64,000 nucleotides of DNA from an uncultured delta proteobacterium. Its GTDB lineage: Bacteria; Myxococcota_A; UBA9160; JAFDET01. The stretch covers positions 153,256 to 217,255 of the forward strand of contig CAMYLJ010000008.1 of NCBI GenBank assembly GCA_947259215.1, in the 5' to 3' direction. Under the pieces are notes generated by a model. That model had not been told where the DNA came from. It saw nothing but the letters and a program-made list of their open reading frames with translations, and ran no database searches. The translations under genes and the position numbers were made by a program. Of this stretch, positions 9,284 through 18,763 are shown piece after piece (within the stretch, counting starts at the first letter, position 1; each line of letters starts with the position of its first letter).

Positions 9284-10719
9284 GCACACGCTTCCCCCGG
9301 GTGGCCTCCCTGAAGAGCCCGGCCGGGCTGCGCGCGCGGCTGGCCGAGCTCGGCGTCGCTCTCCCGTGTGACGACAAGATCGCCCCGGCAGGGACGTCGC
9401 CCCTCGCCGAGCCGCTCGCGCTGGGCGACGGACTCGCCGCTCCCAACCGGTTCGTAGTGCAGCCCATGGAGGGCTGGGACGGCACGCCGGAGGGCCTGCC
9501 CTCGGAGCTCACCCGCCGCCGCTGGCAGCGCTTCGGCCAGAGCGGCGCCGGCTGGATGTGGGGCGGCGAGGCGGTGGCGGTGCGTCCCGATGGGCGCGCG
9601 AACCCTCACCAGCTGGTGGCGTCGCCGGAGACGGCCGCGTCGCTCGGACGGCTGCGGGTCGCGCTGCTCGAGGCGGCGCGCGACGCTGGGCATCCGGAGC
9701 CCGTGGTGGGCCTCCAGCTCACCCACAGCGGCCGCTGGTCGCGGCCCGCGGCCGGCGGCCGCGCGCCGCGGATCGCCTTCCGGCATCCGATCCTCGATCC
9801 GCGGGTCGAAGCCGACGCTGCGGCGCTTCTCTCGGACGAGGAGCTTCCGGGCCTGGTGGCGGCCTTCGCCGACGCCGCGCGGCTGGCCGAGGCCGAGGGC
9901 TACGCCTTCGTGGACGTGAAGCACTGCCACGGCTACCTGCTGCACGAGTTCCTGGCGGCGCGCGGGCGCGCGGGCCGCTACGGCGGCGCGTCTCTGGAGG
10001 CGCGCGCGCGCCTTGGGCTCGAGATCGTCGAGGCCGTGCGCAAGGCGGCGCCCTCGCTGCGCCTGGGCGTGCGCCTCTCGCTCTTCGACGGCGTGCCGCA
10101 TCGCACGTCTCCCGACGGAGCCCGCGGCGAGCCCGAGCCCCACGCGACGCCCTACCTGCTCGGCTTCGGCGTCGACGCCGAGGCGCCCGAACGCATGGAC
10201 CTGACGGAGCCCGTCGCACTGGTGCGCGCCCTGGCCGAGCGCGGGGTCGGCTGGATCAACGTGACCGCGTCGAGCCCCTACTACGCGCCCCATCTCCAGC
10301 GCCCCGCCACGTTTCCGCCGAGCGACGGCTACCCGCCGCCGGAGGACCCGCTGCTCGGAGTGGCGCGCCTGCTGGGCGCGGCCCGCGAGCTGAAGCGCGC
10401 GCTCCCCGAGCTGGTGGTGGTGTCGTCGGGCTGGAGCTACCTGCAGGACTTCCTGCCCCACGTGGCCCAGGCCTGCCTGCGCGAGGGCTGGTTCGACGCG
10501 GTGGGGCTCGGTCGCATGGTCCTGTCCTACCCGGAGCTGCCGGCGGACGTGCTGGCGGGACGCCCTCTCGCGCGCGGGAAGATCTGCCGCACCTTCAGCG
10601 ACTGCACCACGGCGCCGAGGCAGGGCCTGGTCTCGGGCTGCTACCCCCTCGACGACTTCTACCGCCAGCGTCCGGAGCGCGCCGCGCTGGAGACGGCGAA
10701 GCGGAGCGCGGCCGGGTGA
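9280..10719 (+). CDS. NADH:flavin oxidoreductase, Old Yellow Enzyme-like (FMN TIM barrel)
   Basis: GTG 9280 overlaps the previous stop (GTGA). 479 aa. Motifs: NRFVVQPMEG, GLQLTHSGR, GYAFVDVKHCHGYLLHEFL, RLGVRLS, GRMVLSYPELP. Confidence 0.7.
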   Translation: MSTRFPRVASLKSPAGLRARLAELGVALPCDDKIAPAGTSPLAEPLALGDGLAAPNRFVVQPMEGWDGTPEGLPSELTRRRWQRFGQSGAGWMWGGEAVAVRPDGRANPHQLVASPETAASLGRLRVALLEAARDAGHPEPVVGLQLTHSGRWSRPAAGGRAPRIAFRHPILDPRVEADAAALLSDEELPGLVAAFADAARLAEAEGYAFVDVKHCHGYLLHEFLAARGRAGRYGGASLEARARLGLEIVEAVRKAAPSLRLGVRLSLFDGVPHRTSPDGARGEPEPHATPYLLGFGVDAEAPERMDLTEPVALVRALAERGVGWINVTASSPYYAPHLQRPATFPPSDGYPPPEDPLLGVARLLGAARELKRALPELVVVSSGWSYLQDFLPHVAQACLREGWFDAVGLGRMVLSYPELPADVLAGRPLARGKICRTFSDCTTAPRQGLVSGCYPLDDFYRQRPERAALETAKRSAAG

Positions 10720-11702
10720 GCGACCTCGCGCGCGCGTGGCAACGCCTGGCCGGCGGTCGCACCCTGCATGGGATCGCCGCGGCGCTCCTGCCCTACCGCG
10801 AGGACGGATCGATCGCCTGGGGAGCGTTCGCGCGTCACGTGGCGGCCAGCCACGGCGCCGGCCTCGCTGTGGCGGTGAACATGGACACGGGCTTCGGCGA
10901 CCTGCTCTCGCCGAAGCAGCGGGAGTCGGTGCTCGACGCCACCCGCGCGGCCCTGGGCGAGGGCGTCGTCTTCTGGGCCGGCGCGTACGCGGATCCGGAC
11001 CCGGCCGCGGGCTGGCGCCGCTCCGTCGAGGCGATCGTGGCGCGCGGCGCCCGGCCGGTGCTGGTGCAGAGCCCGGCGCTGCGCGGCCTGGCGCCGGCCG
11101 AGAAGGCGGCGCGCTACGCCGCCGCCGCCGAGGCCGCGCCCGAGGGCGTCCTGGCCTTCGAGCTCTCGCCTCGCTTCGCTCCCCACGGCGAGATCTGGGA
11201 CGCTGAGACCTTCGCGCGCGTGCTGGAGCTGCCCGCGATCCGCGGCGCCAAGCACTCGTCCCTGGACCGCACCCTCGAGCTGCGGCGCCTGGCCGCACGC
11301 GACGCCGCGCGACCCGACTTCCGGGTCTACACCGGCAACGACCTCGCCATCGACATGGTGGCCTACGGGAGCGACTACCTGCTCGGCCTCGCGGCCTTCG
11401 CGCCCGCCGCCTTCGCGGCCCGCGACCGGGCGCTCGCGGGCGGTGCGCTCGATTTCCTGGCCCGAAACGACGCCCTCCAGCACCTGGGGAACGTGGGCTT
11501 CCGCGAGCCGATCCCCGCCTACAAGCACGCCGCCGCCCAGTTCCTGCACCTGGTGGGCGAGCTCGACGGCGACGCGATCCACCCGCGCGCACCGCGGCGT
11601 CCCGGATCGGACCGCGTGCTGCTCTTCGACTGCGCCCGGCGTCTCGATCTGCTGGACGATCCCGAGCGCACCTGGCGCGAGCGCGTCGAGCCCTACCTCT
11701 GA
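10716..11702 (+). CDS. dihydrodipicolinate synthase/N-acetylneuraminate lyase-family (class I aldolase-like) protein
   Basis: GTG 10716 overlaps the previous stop (GTGA). 328 aa. DHDPS-like layout with candidate Schiff-base Lys in IRGAKHSS. The GTTGE-equivalent region (NMDTGFGD) is divergent. Confidence 0.6.
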   Translation: MSDLARAWQRLAGGRTLHGIAAALLPYREDGSIAWGAFARHVAASHGAGLAVAVNMDTGFGDLLSPKQRESVLDATRAALGEGVVFWAGAYADPDPAAGWRRSVEAIVARGARPVLVQSPALRGLAPAEKAARYAAAAEAAPEGVLAFELSPRFAPHGEIWDAETFARVLELPAIRGAKHSSLDRTLELRRLAARDAARPDFRVYTGNDLAIDMVAYGSDYLLGLAAFAPAAFAARDRALAGGALDFLARNDALQHLGNVGFREPIPAYKHAAAQFLHLVGELDGDAIHPRAPRRPGSDRVLLFDCARRLDLLDDPERTWRERVEPYL

Positions 11703-11709
11703 AGCGGCC

Positions 11710-12708
11710 TCAAATGAAGGGCCGGCGGTCGAGCACCAGGCGCAGGGGGCGCTCGCTCCGGAGTTCGCCCGGCAGCACCCGCTGCAGCTCCGCCAGCGCG
11801 CAGACCGCACCGAAGAGCCGGTGCAGATCGCCGGCGCCGTCGTCGGCGTCGAGGTCGAGATCCGCCAGGAACCCGACGTAACGATCGGCGAAGCCGCGCA
11901 GGGCGGCGACGGCGTCGCTGCGGCGGTGGCCGCTCTGGGCGACGCCGCGCGCCAGGCAGTAGACCCAGTCCACCTCGGCGAAGCCGACGCTCTGGCCGAG
12001 CGGCCAGTCGCCGTGCGCCTCGATGGCGAGGCAGGTGTCGACCAGGGCGACCGGCTGCGGGTGGGGCCGGCGAGCGTGCTCCAGGTTGAAGAGGTAGTGG
12101 AACGTCCCGGCCAGGTGCGGGAAGCGGCTCTCGCCCCAGGCATACGGGCGTTCGACGGCGCCGCGCCGCCAGAGACCGCTGGCCGGGTCGCACTCCCGGG
12201 CCAGCCAGGCGACGTAGCGGTCCTCGAAGTCCGCGTCGCACTCGCCCGCCAGCCAGCGCGCCGCGTAGACCCCGGCGCCGCGGTGCGACTCGCGCCAGGG
12301 ATCGCCGCGCCAGTCGAGGCCGTCGAGGAAGTCCTCCAGCGCCCCCGGTGCCGCCAGGGGCGCGAGCGCCCGCAACGGGTGGCGCGGGCCGGCTTCGAAG
12401 AGCTCGAGGGCTGCCAGGCAGTGGGCCGTGGTGTGGATGGGGTCGTGGCTGTCCTCGCGAAAGAGCCCGGTCTCGGGATCCTGGAAGCGCTGGAGCGCGT
12501 CCAGCCAGCCGCCGCGTTCCTTCGGGTCGCGCGGGAAGCGGCCCAGGGTGTAGAGCAGGTTGGCCGCGTCGGCGGAGCCGTACGGGTTCGGTCCGAGCTC
12601 GCGTCCCGCGCCGGGCGCGCGCCAGCGGCCGTAGGCGCCGGGCTCGCCCAGGGCGTGGGCGGCGACGATCTCCTCCACGCGCCCGAGCCAGCCGCGAAGG
12701 TCGTGCAC
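11710..12708 (-). CDS. hypothetical protein (possibly alpha/alpha-toroid, prenyltransferase/terpene-cyclase-like repeats)
   Basis: 332 aa from GTG 12708 (VHDLRGWLGRVEE), 11 nt downstream of the preceding stop. The rest of the 710-aa ORF is shadow overlapping the upstream gene. Repeated aromatic/Gly segments (GSADAANLLYTLGRF, GGWLDALQRFQDPETGLF) suggest the fold only weakly. Confidence 0.6.
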   Translation of the reverse strand: MHDLRGWLGRVEEIVAAHALGEPGAYGRWRAPGAGRELGPNPYGSADAANLLYTLGRFPRDPKERGGWLDALQRFQDPETGLFREDSHDPIHTTAHCLAALELFEAGPRHPLRALAPLAAPGALEDFLDGLDWRGDPWRESHRGAGVYAARWLAGECDADFEDRYVAWLARECDPASGLWRRGAVERPYAWGESRFPHLAGTFHYLFNLEHARRPHPQPVALVDTCLAIEAHGDWPLGQSVGFAEVDWVYCLARGVAQSGHRRSDAVAALRGFADRYVGFLADLDLDADDGAGDLHRLFGAVCALAELQRVLPGELRSERPLRLVLDRRPFI

Positions 12709-12719
12709 CGGAGCGGCTC

Positions 12720-15074
12720 CTAGTCCCAGGGGCTCCGCCGTACGTCGGTCCAATCGAGGAGGAGCCCCGCCGTCTCGCCTTCCACCCACACTGCGGGATC
12801 GCCGCGCTGCGCCTGGACCCAGGGGTTGGCGACGCGGGGGTAGTCGCGGATCGGCACCTCTTCGCCGCGCAGCGTGAGCGGGGTCGCCTCGTCCCAGCCG
12901 AAGGTCACGACGCCCTGGCTCGGCGAGTCGTAGCGCACGTCGAAGACCTCGAGCCCGAGCCCCTGCACTTCGGGTGCGTCGCTCGGGCGGGGCGTGACCA
13001 GCACCTGGGCCAGCAGGATCGCCTCCTGGAAGCCGCCGAAGGAGCCCCACTGTTCCTTGCTGCCGCACTCGACGATCCACACGTTGTCCGGCCCCCCCGG
13101 CGCCGTCAGCTCGAAGCTCTGGCTGATGGGTCCGTTCTCGGAGGGCGGCATCAGCGCGAGCTCGTCCGCCGGAATGTCGCGCCACGCGGTGGGTCGCCAG
13201 GAGTAGAGCGCCACGTACGCGTCGCCCTTGCGCCCGAAGGTCCAGGCTCCGGACTGGCTCCACTCGTCGAACTGGTCGCGGTTGAACCAGGCGTGGGTGT
13301 AGTCGTGGTAGTCGAAGAAGTCGATCCCGATGGTGCCGAGGGGATTGGGCGGGTAGATCGGCGAGTAGAGGTGGATGCCCACGTTCTCGTGCTGAGCGGA
13401 GCGCGGGGAGGAGGCGGTGCCCGTCCAGTACCCCGGCTCGCCCTCGTCCTCGGAGAGCCACACCGACGGCATCTCGGGATCGGTGCCGTCGCTGCGCGTG
13501 ATGATCATCGGATGGGTGGTGAAGACCAGCGCCCCGGCCGACAGGGTGGCCTGCCAGGAGTGCAGCTGTCCGGCGTTGGCCCCCTTGCGGTAGTCCTGGG
13601 CGGTCGAGAGGATGTAGTCCCGGGTGCGGTAGGTGTAGGTGTTGGCCTCCTTCAGGAAGCCCACGGCCACGGACTCCCACAGCGACTTGGCCAGCGCGAC
13701 TCCGACCACCGGATCGCCGCCGGTCGCGTCGCGGAGGGGCTGGAACGGCTTCAGCAGCTCGGTGTCCCACAGGTTGTAGAGCTCGGCGTTCAGCAGGGTG
13801 AGCGGCACCACCTGCCAGACCGTGTAGGCACCGAGCCCCCACCAGAACGTGAAGCGCTCGTTGGTCTCATCCTGGTCGGCGCTGACGGCGTAGGGGTGGC
13901 CCGGCGGGAACGACGGATCGCCCGGATCGATGGCGCCCGCGGCGCGCTCGTCGAGCAGGAAGCTCTGCCGCGTCCGGTTCACGAACGTCTCGTCGGAGCG
14001 CGCCATCTCGGCCAGCACCGCCGGCATGCGGTAGTGCTTCGCCCGGGCGAAGAGGGTCGCGCCGGCGTCGCCCGTGGACTGGTAGCCGTACTCCTGATCC
14101 TGCTCGAAGAGAAGCTGGGTGATGCCCCAGGTGTCGTTGCGCGGTCCGAAGTTCTTGTCCTTGATGGCCGAGCGTCCGTGGGTCACGCCGAGCACGCCGC
14201 GGAAGGTGTTGGCCGCCATGTCGAGGAGCAGCATGTCGAGGATCATGGTCGCGCGGGTGCGGATCTCCTCGTCCTCGGCGTACTCCGCCAGGGTGAGGAG
14301 CGGCGTGGCGTCCTTCTGGAGGTAGATGTTGGAGAACCACTCGGAGAAGCCCGCCAACCAGCGGTCGTCGAGCCAGGCCAGGATCTTCGCGCGCGCCCGG
14401 TCGCGATGCTCGGCGCCGGTCTGCTCGAAGCGGCGGGTGACGCCGCCCTGCACGACCTCGCCGCTGCAGTAGCGGGGATCGGTGGCGGCGTAGCCGCTGG
14501 GCGTGAAGCCGCGGATCACGAAGCAGCGCCCGGGCTCCCGCTGCCCCATCAGGTACTCGATCGTGTGGTAGAGGATCTGGTGGTTCTCGGTCCAGTAGAA
14601 GCTGTTGTCCCAGTCGCGGGCGGGCTCGTTCGAGTCCGGCTGCGGAGGCGTCGCGTCCCAGGCCCACATCTTGAACTCGTGCAGGGAGTCGCGGACGCGG
14701 TCCCAGGCCTCGGGCGTGAGGTAGGGGTGGTCCTCGTAGCCGAGCAGGGCGTTCAGCAGGTAGAGGCCGTCGAAGTCGCGGGTGTCCTGGAGCTGGTCGA
14801 GATCGTCCCAGGCGCCCTGCCAGGTGGTCTCGTCCACCACGCCGGTGGGCGCCGTGTAGCTCGGATCCACGCGGTCGCGCTCCATGTGGGCGATGGCGTT
14901 CAGGATGCTCGCGGTCTGCTGCGCGGTGGCGAACTCCAGGTACTCCCGGGCCCGGGCCCGGGCGACCTCCTCGGGGACGAGGCCCGTCACCTCGCCGGGG
15001 GTCTCCGGGCACTCCCCGGCACCGAGCCCCGTTGCCAGCACCGCCGCTCCGAGCCAGAGGATTCGCGTCTGCAC
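12720..15074 (-). CDS. large secreted hypothetical protein (784 aa); fold possibly like heparinase II/III-type polysaccharide lyases
   Basis: GTG 15074 preceded by GGAGAGA. Signal-like N-terminus VQTRILWLGAAVLATGLGAG. Diverse composition rich in W/Y/D/N (WTENHQILYHTIEYLMGQ, GVTHGRSAIKDKNFGP). The family assignment is a guess. Confidence 0.75.
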   Translation of the reverse strand: MQTRILWLGAAVLATGLGAGECPETPGEVTGLVPEEVARARAREYLEFATAQQTASILNAIAHMERDRVDPSYTAPTGVVDETTWQGAWDDLDQLQDTRDFDGLYLLNALLGYEDHPYLTPEAWDRVRDSLHEFKMWAWDATPPQPDSNEPARDWDNSFYWTENHQILYHTIEYLMGQREPGRCFVIRGFTPSGYAATDPRYCSGEVVQGGVTRRFEQTGAEHRDRARAKILAWLDDRWLAGFSEWFSNIYLQKDATPLLTLAEYAEDEEIRTRATMILDMLLLDMAANTFRGVLGVTHGRSAIKDKNFGPRNDTWGITQLLFEQDQEYGYQSTGDAGATLFARAKHYRMPAVLAEMARSDETFVNRTRQSFLLDERAAGAIDPGDPSFPPGHPYAVSADQDETNERFTFWWGLGAYTVWQVVPLTLLNAELYNLWDTELLKPFQPLRDATGGDPVVGVALAKSLWESVAVGFLKEANTYTYRTRDYILSTAQDYRKGANAGQLHSWQATLSAGALVFTTHPMIITRSDGTDPEMPSVWLSEDEGEPGYWTGTASSPRSAQHENVGIHLYSPIYPPNPLGTIGIDFFDYHDYTHAWFNRDQFDEWSQSGAWTFGRKGDAYVALYSWRPTAWRDIPADELALMPPSENGPISQSFELTAPGGPDNVWIVECGSKEQWGSFGGFQEAILLAQVLVTPRPSDAPEVQGLGLEVFDVRYDSPSQGVVTFGWDEATPLTLRGEEVPIRDYPRVANPWVQAQRGDPAVWVEGETAGLLLDWTDVRRSPWD

Positions 15075-15413
15075 GTCGTCGTCTCTCCTGATCGAGTCGC
15101 CCCAGTCTAGGGGCTGGGACCCGGGGGCCCATTGGAGGGATCCCCAAGTGGGTGGTCGAAAAGCCCCCGAACGCTCGGCCGTGACGCGTCGCGTCGAAGA
15201 CCGCAGCATAAAGCTCTCCTGAACGCTTGTTCGAATGGTGCTGACGGCGGGGCCATCCACGCGGTATAACTATGGAATCCGGGAGCGGCCCCCCCGACTC
15301 CGCCCGGGGCGCGTGTGCGCCCGTCCCGGTCCTTGTCGGCGGCCGCTCATCAGGCAATCTCGAAGTGTGCAGCGTGGCTGCGGGCACCGAAGCCCGCTCG
15401 GAGTGGAGCTGAC

Positions 15414-18400
15414 ATGGATCGGAACCGACTTCTGTGGCGGTCGCGAAACCCGCTCCTGGCGCTGGGACTCGTTGCGGTGCTCGGCGCGGGCTGCGGCCCT
15501 GCGCTTCCCCAGGTGGGCCATCAGCTCTTCACCAGTCCCCAGCTGAACCCCATCCTGGTGGTGCCGGACATGCACCTGCTGGTGGTGGCCAACACCACGA
15601 GCGGCACGGTGTCCGTGCACGACTACCGCCAGCTCGATGCGCCCGAGCACGGCCTGCGGGCGGAGATCCCGGTGGGCCTCGACCCGGTGGGGCTCGCGCT
15701 GCGACCGGACTCGGCCCAGGTCTACGTCGCCAACTACATCTCCGACACGATCAGCGTGATCGACCTCGAGCGCCTGGACGTGGTGGCCACCGTCCAGGGG
15801 GATCGCGATCCCACCACGGGCATTCCCACCACCGACGCGCCCGTGGGCATCGAATTCTCCAGCCCCACCCGCGCCTTCGTGACCCTCGACGACAACGACG
15901 AGGTGGTGGTGATCGATACGGACCCGGACGGCAGCAACCCGCGCGTCACGGGCCGGCTGCCGTTCTACGCCCAGGCGCCGCGGGCCCTGGCCGTCGTGGG
16001 CGACTACGTCTACGTCGCCTCCTTCGAGTCCGAGAACCAGACCGAGTTCCCGACCTGCGCGCCGGACGACCCGAGGCTTACGATCAACGGCGGGCCGGGC
16101 CTCATGCGCAGCGATCCCTACGACGAGGGCTGCGAGTTCGCCACCGAGGTGCTCGAGTCCGTCAACGTCTCGCTGATGGACGGCGATCTCGACTTCGGCC
16201 TCGAGCTGGGCACGATCTTCGATTTCGCCGCGGTGAATCCGAACATCGGCGGCGAGGTCATCCTCGACCGGGATCGCCCGGACCGCGACCTCTTCATCTA
16301 CCGGGCGAGCGACCTCCAGCCGGTGGGCCACGTGGAGGGGATCGGCACGCTCCTCTACGGCATGAAGGAGGTCGCCGGGCGGCTCTGGATCACGAACACC
16401 GACGCCCGCAACGACCGCGACGGACTCTTCCAGCTCGGGAACCGCATGTTCGAGAACCGGGTGAGCTACCTGGATTGCGCGGGCGGCGCCTGCAGCGCGC
16501 CGGTCGCGGTGGACCTGGAAGCCAACCCCTTCGGCATCCCGGTCCCGACGCCCTACGGCATCCAGGCCAAGGCGGACGGCTCCCTGCTGGTGGTGAGCGT
16601 CGCCGGCTCGGACGGCATCCCCGGCATCGCGGGCGACCCGGGGCGGAGCATCCCCGGCCTCGTCACCCTGGACGGCCAGGGCAACGTGCTGGGCCACGTG
16701 CGGACCGGCGCCATCCCCCAGGGCCTGGCGCTGCACTCCTGGGTTCCTGGCGGTGGTGAGGAGATGGCGTTCGTGCTGAACACCGTGGACAGCACGGTCT
16801 CGGCCGTCGACCTCAGCGACCCGACGGATCCGCGGGTGTGGGTGACGTTCGAGGTGGGTTCGGACCCCACGCCGGCGCCGATCCGGGAGGGGCGCGTCAT
16901 GTTCTCCTCGGCGCGGGCGTCCACCAGCGGCACCTTCTCGTGCGAGTCGTGCCACCCGAACGGCAACATGGATCAGCTCCTCTGGACCATCAATGCGGAC
17001 CTGGCGCCCGCGGACTATCCGGTCGACGCGCCCTGCGACGTCGACGCCGAGAACTGCCCGGAGCCCCGCACCACCATGCCGATCCGGGGCCTGCGCGACA
17101 CGCTGCCGCTCCACTGGATGGGCAGCCTGGCCGACCCCTTCCAGAACGTGGAGGGCCAGCGCGTGCAGCCCGAGGACGAGGCCGCGCCCGACTGCGACCT
17201 GGCGCTGGACGGCGAGGTGGGCTGTGCCCGCCACCTGGTGGACGCCAGCCTGAGCGGCGTCATGTGCGCCCCGGCTTCGGGCGGCGGCTGCTCGCTGGCG
17301 GGCCCCTCCGGGCTGCCGGGCGCCCTCAGCGACGCCGAGCGCGACGCCATGGCGGCCTTCATGCTGGCCGTGGCGTACCCGCCGCCGCCGGCGCGCCGCG
17401 ACGACGACCGGCTGACGGAGCTGGCGCTGGACAACCTGCCGGCGCGCGAGGGCTTCTCGGACTTCTTCACAGATCTCGACGGGCTCGGGGTCGGCAGCCC
17501 CTCCAACAACATCGGGCAGGTCGTGGGCTTCGCGCCGGTGACCTGCGCTGACAACGCGGGCGGCTGCCACTCGCTGCCGCTCACGAACGACACCAACTCC
17601 ACCACGGTGGGCGGCTTCGACGTGCCCTCCATGCGGGGCCTCTGGGACCGCTCGATCCTCTTCTCCAACGGCAACATCAGCTCCGAGGAGTGGATGCGGC
17701 TCGCCCAGGACTGTGCCGACGGCAACGCGCCCGGTGGCCATCCCAGGGTCTCCGTCTTCGGGTTCCCGCAGCCGAACCTGATCACGGGCGACCCGTGCGC
17801 GCTGCAGTCGGTGCTCTTCGGCGGGGGGGGCGGCGGCGGCGTCCCCCCGCTTCCAGGCCTCGGCAACGTGATCCTGGATCCCTTCGGCGTGCCCAGCGGC
17901 GAAGAGATCTACCGGCCCGACGATCCGACGAGCCCGGTCAGCTACATGACCGAGCGCGGCCAGTTCGTGGGCTCCTTCGAGGCCATCTTCCACCTGGCCT
18001 ACGGCGTGCGCGGCGGGCCGATGTGGCAGTTCCTGAGCGAGATGAGCCTGGGCTTCCCGGGGCTGGTGGGACGCCAGATCAGCCTCGCGTCCGACACGCT
18101 CTCGGATCCTCAGGCGTTGGCGCTCCTCGACCTGATGCAGCGCTACGCCGACGAGGGCCGCATCACGCTGGTGGCGCGCAACCGCGAGCACGGCGAGTGG
18201 CGCTTCTCGGACGGTCTCTGGCGCCTGCTGGGCGGGGAGGGCGACGCCCTCGACGGCCCGGACCTGCTGGAGTGGGTGGCGTCGCAGGGCGCGGTCTACA
18301 CCGTCACCGCCCACCTGCCCGGCGGCGTCAGCATCGGTGGCGAGGACCGGCAGATCCTGCTCGACATCGATCCCGACCTGCGGGCCGCCGAGTTCGCCGG

Positions 18401-18704
18401 CGACCTGCTCCCGGTGCCGATCCCCGAGCCGCTGAACCAGCCCGGCGAGGTGATCCGGGTCGGGGCCTGGAACGTGGCGCCGGACGCGGTGGTGATCGTC
18501 GACGGGGATCGCTGCGCCAGCTGCAGCTGGGTCGCCGGCGTCGCGGGCACGGGCGATCCGGTGCTCGACGTGAACCTCGGCCCCGCCCGGACCCCGGGCG
18601 TTCACGCCGTGCAGCTTCTCAACCCCGGTGGCTGGATGAGCAACGAATTGCCGATCCGGGTGCTCGACGCGGCGGCGATCCCGCCGCCGGCCCCGGCTCC
18701 GTAG
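15414..18704 (+). CDS. 1096-aa exported (possibly lipidated) protein: YVTN/lactonase-type beta-propeller repeats plus a cytochrome-c-peroxidase-like CXXCH region
   Basis: ATG 15414. Signal peptide ending LGAGC. Propeller repeats (VYVANYISDTISVIDL, AFVLNTVDSTVSAVDL). One CXXCH (FSCESCHPNGNMDQLLW) and a second C-x6-CH (TCADNAGGCH). C-terminal region of unknown function. Confidence 0.85.
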   Translation: MDRNRLLWRSRNPLLALGLVAVLGAGCGPALPQVGHQLFTSPQLNPILVVPDMHLLVVANTTSGTVSVHDYRQLDAPEHGLRAEIPVGLDPVGLALRPDSAQVYVANYISDTISVIDLERLDVVATVQGDRDPTTGIPTTDAPVGIEFSSPTRAFVTLDDNDEVVVIDTDPDGSNPRVTGRLPFYAQAPRALAVVGDYVYVASFESENQTEFPTCAPDDPRLTINGGPGLMRSDPYDEGCEFATEVLESVNVSLMDGDLDFGLELGTIFDFAAVNPNIGGEVILDRDRPDRDLFIYRASDLQPVGHVEGIGTLLYGMKEVAGRLWITNTDARNDRDGLFQLGNRMFENRVSYLDCAGGACSAPVAVDLEANPFGIPVPTPYGIQAKADGSLLVVSVAGSDGIPGIAGDPGRSIPGLVTLDGQGNVLGHVRTGAIPQGLALHSWVPGGGEEMAFVLNTVDSTVSAVDLSDPTDPRVWVTFEVGSDPTPAPIREGRVMFSSARASTSGTFSCESCHPNGNMDQLLWTINADLAPADYPVDAPCDVDAENCPEPRTTMPIRGLRDTLPLHWMGSLADPFQNVEGQRVQPEDEAAPDCDLALDGEVGCARHLVDASLSGVMCAPASGGGCSLAGPSGLPGALSDAERDAMAAFMLAVAYPPPPARRDDDRLTELALDNLPAREGFSDFFTDLDGLGVGSPSNNIGQVVGFAPVTCADNAGGCHSLPLTNDTNSTTVGGFDVPSMRGLWDRSILFSNGNISSEEWMRLAQDCADGNAPGGHPRVSVFGFPQPNLITGDPCALQSVLFGGGGGGGVPPLPGLGNVILDPFGVPSGEEIYRPDDPTSPVSYMTERGQFVGSFEAIFHLAYGVRGGPMWQFLSEMSLGFPGLVGRQISLASDTLSDPQALALLDLMQRYADEGRITLVARNREHGEWRFSDGLWRLLGGEGDALDGPDLLEWVASQGAVYTVTAHLPGGVSIGGEDRQILLDIDPDLRAAEFAGDLLPVPIPEPLNQPGEVIRVGAWNVAPDAVVIVDGDRCASCSWVAGVAGTGDPVLDVNLGPARTPGVHAVQLLNPGGWMSNELPIRVLDAAAIPPPAPAP

Positions 18705-18763
18705 GTGTGGAGGGCGCCTGAATCGAACCGGGCCCTCGGGGCGTCCAACCTTTCAGAAGGCCC

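Noticed and set aside
9169-11592. 807-aa minus-strand ORF, plus the long plus-strand ORFs 6905..9283, 8359..10719 and 9558..11702 taken at full length
   Set aside because: Extremely Arg/Pro/Ala-rich. Only the 3' portions of the plus-strand ORFs, from the coupled ATGA/GTGA starts, have enzyme-like sequence. The remainder are upstream read-through frames overlapping the preceding real gene.
17823-17830. G8 homopolymer (followed by CGG x3 and a C6 run) inside the propeller/CXXCH gene, considered as a slipped-strand phase-variation tract
   Set aside because: Similar G8/C8 runs occur in unrelated housekeeping-type genes (about 27373 in the carboxylesterase, about 48453 in the reductase). They look like a compositional by-product encoding Gly/Pro runs rather than a switch.
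15270-18605. 1111-aa minus-strand ORF covering the whole propeller/CXXCH gene
   Set aside because: R/A/G/V/H-rich, repetitive composition without any domain signature. The plus strand encodes a protein with signal peptide, propeller repeats and CXXCH. This is a typical antisense shadow ORF of high-GC DNA.
18705-18763. ECF-type promoter (GAAC ... CGTC) upstream of the sigma-factor gene
   Set aside because: GAAC and CGTC are present (tcGAACcgggccctcggggCGTCc), but they are separated by only 13 nt instead of the usual 16-17, so this is not a convincing autoregulated ECF promoter.
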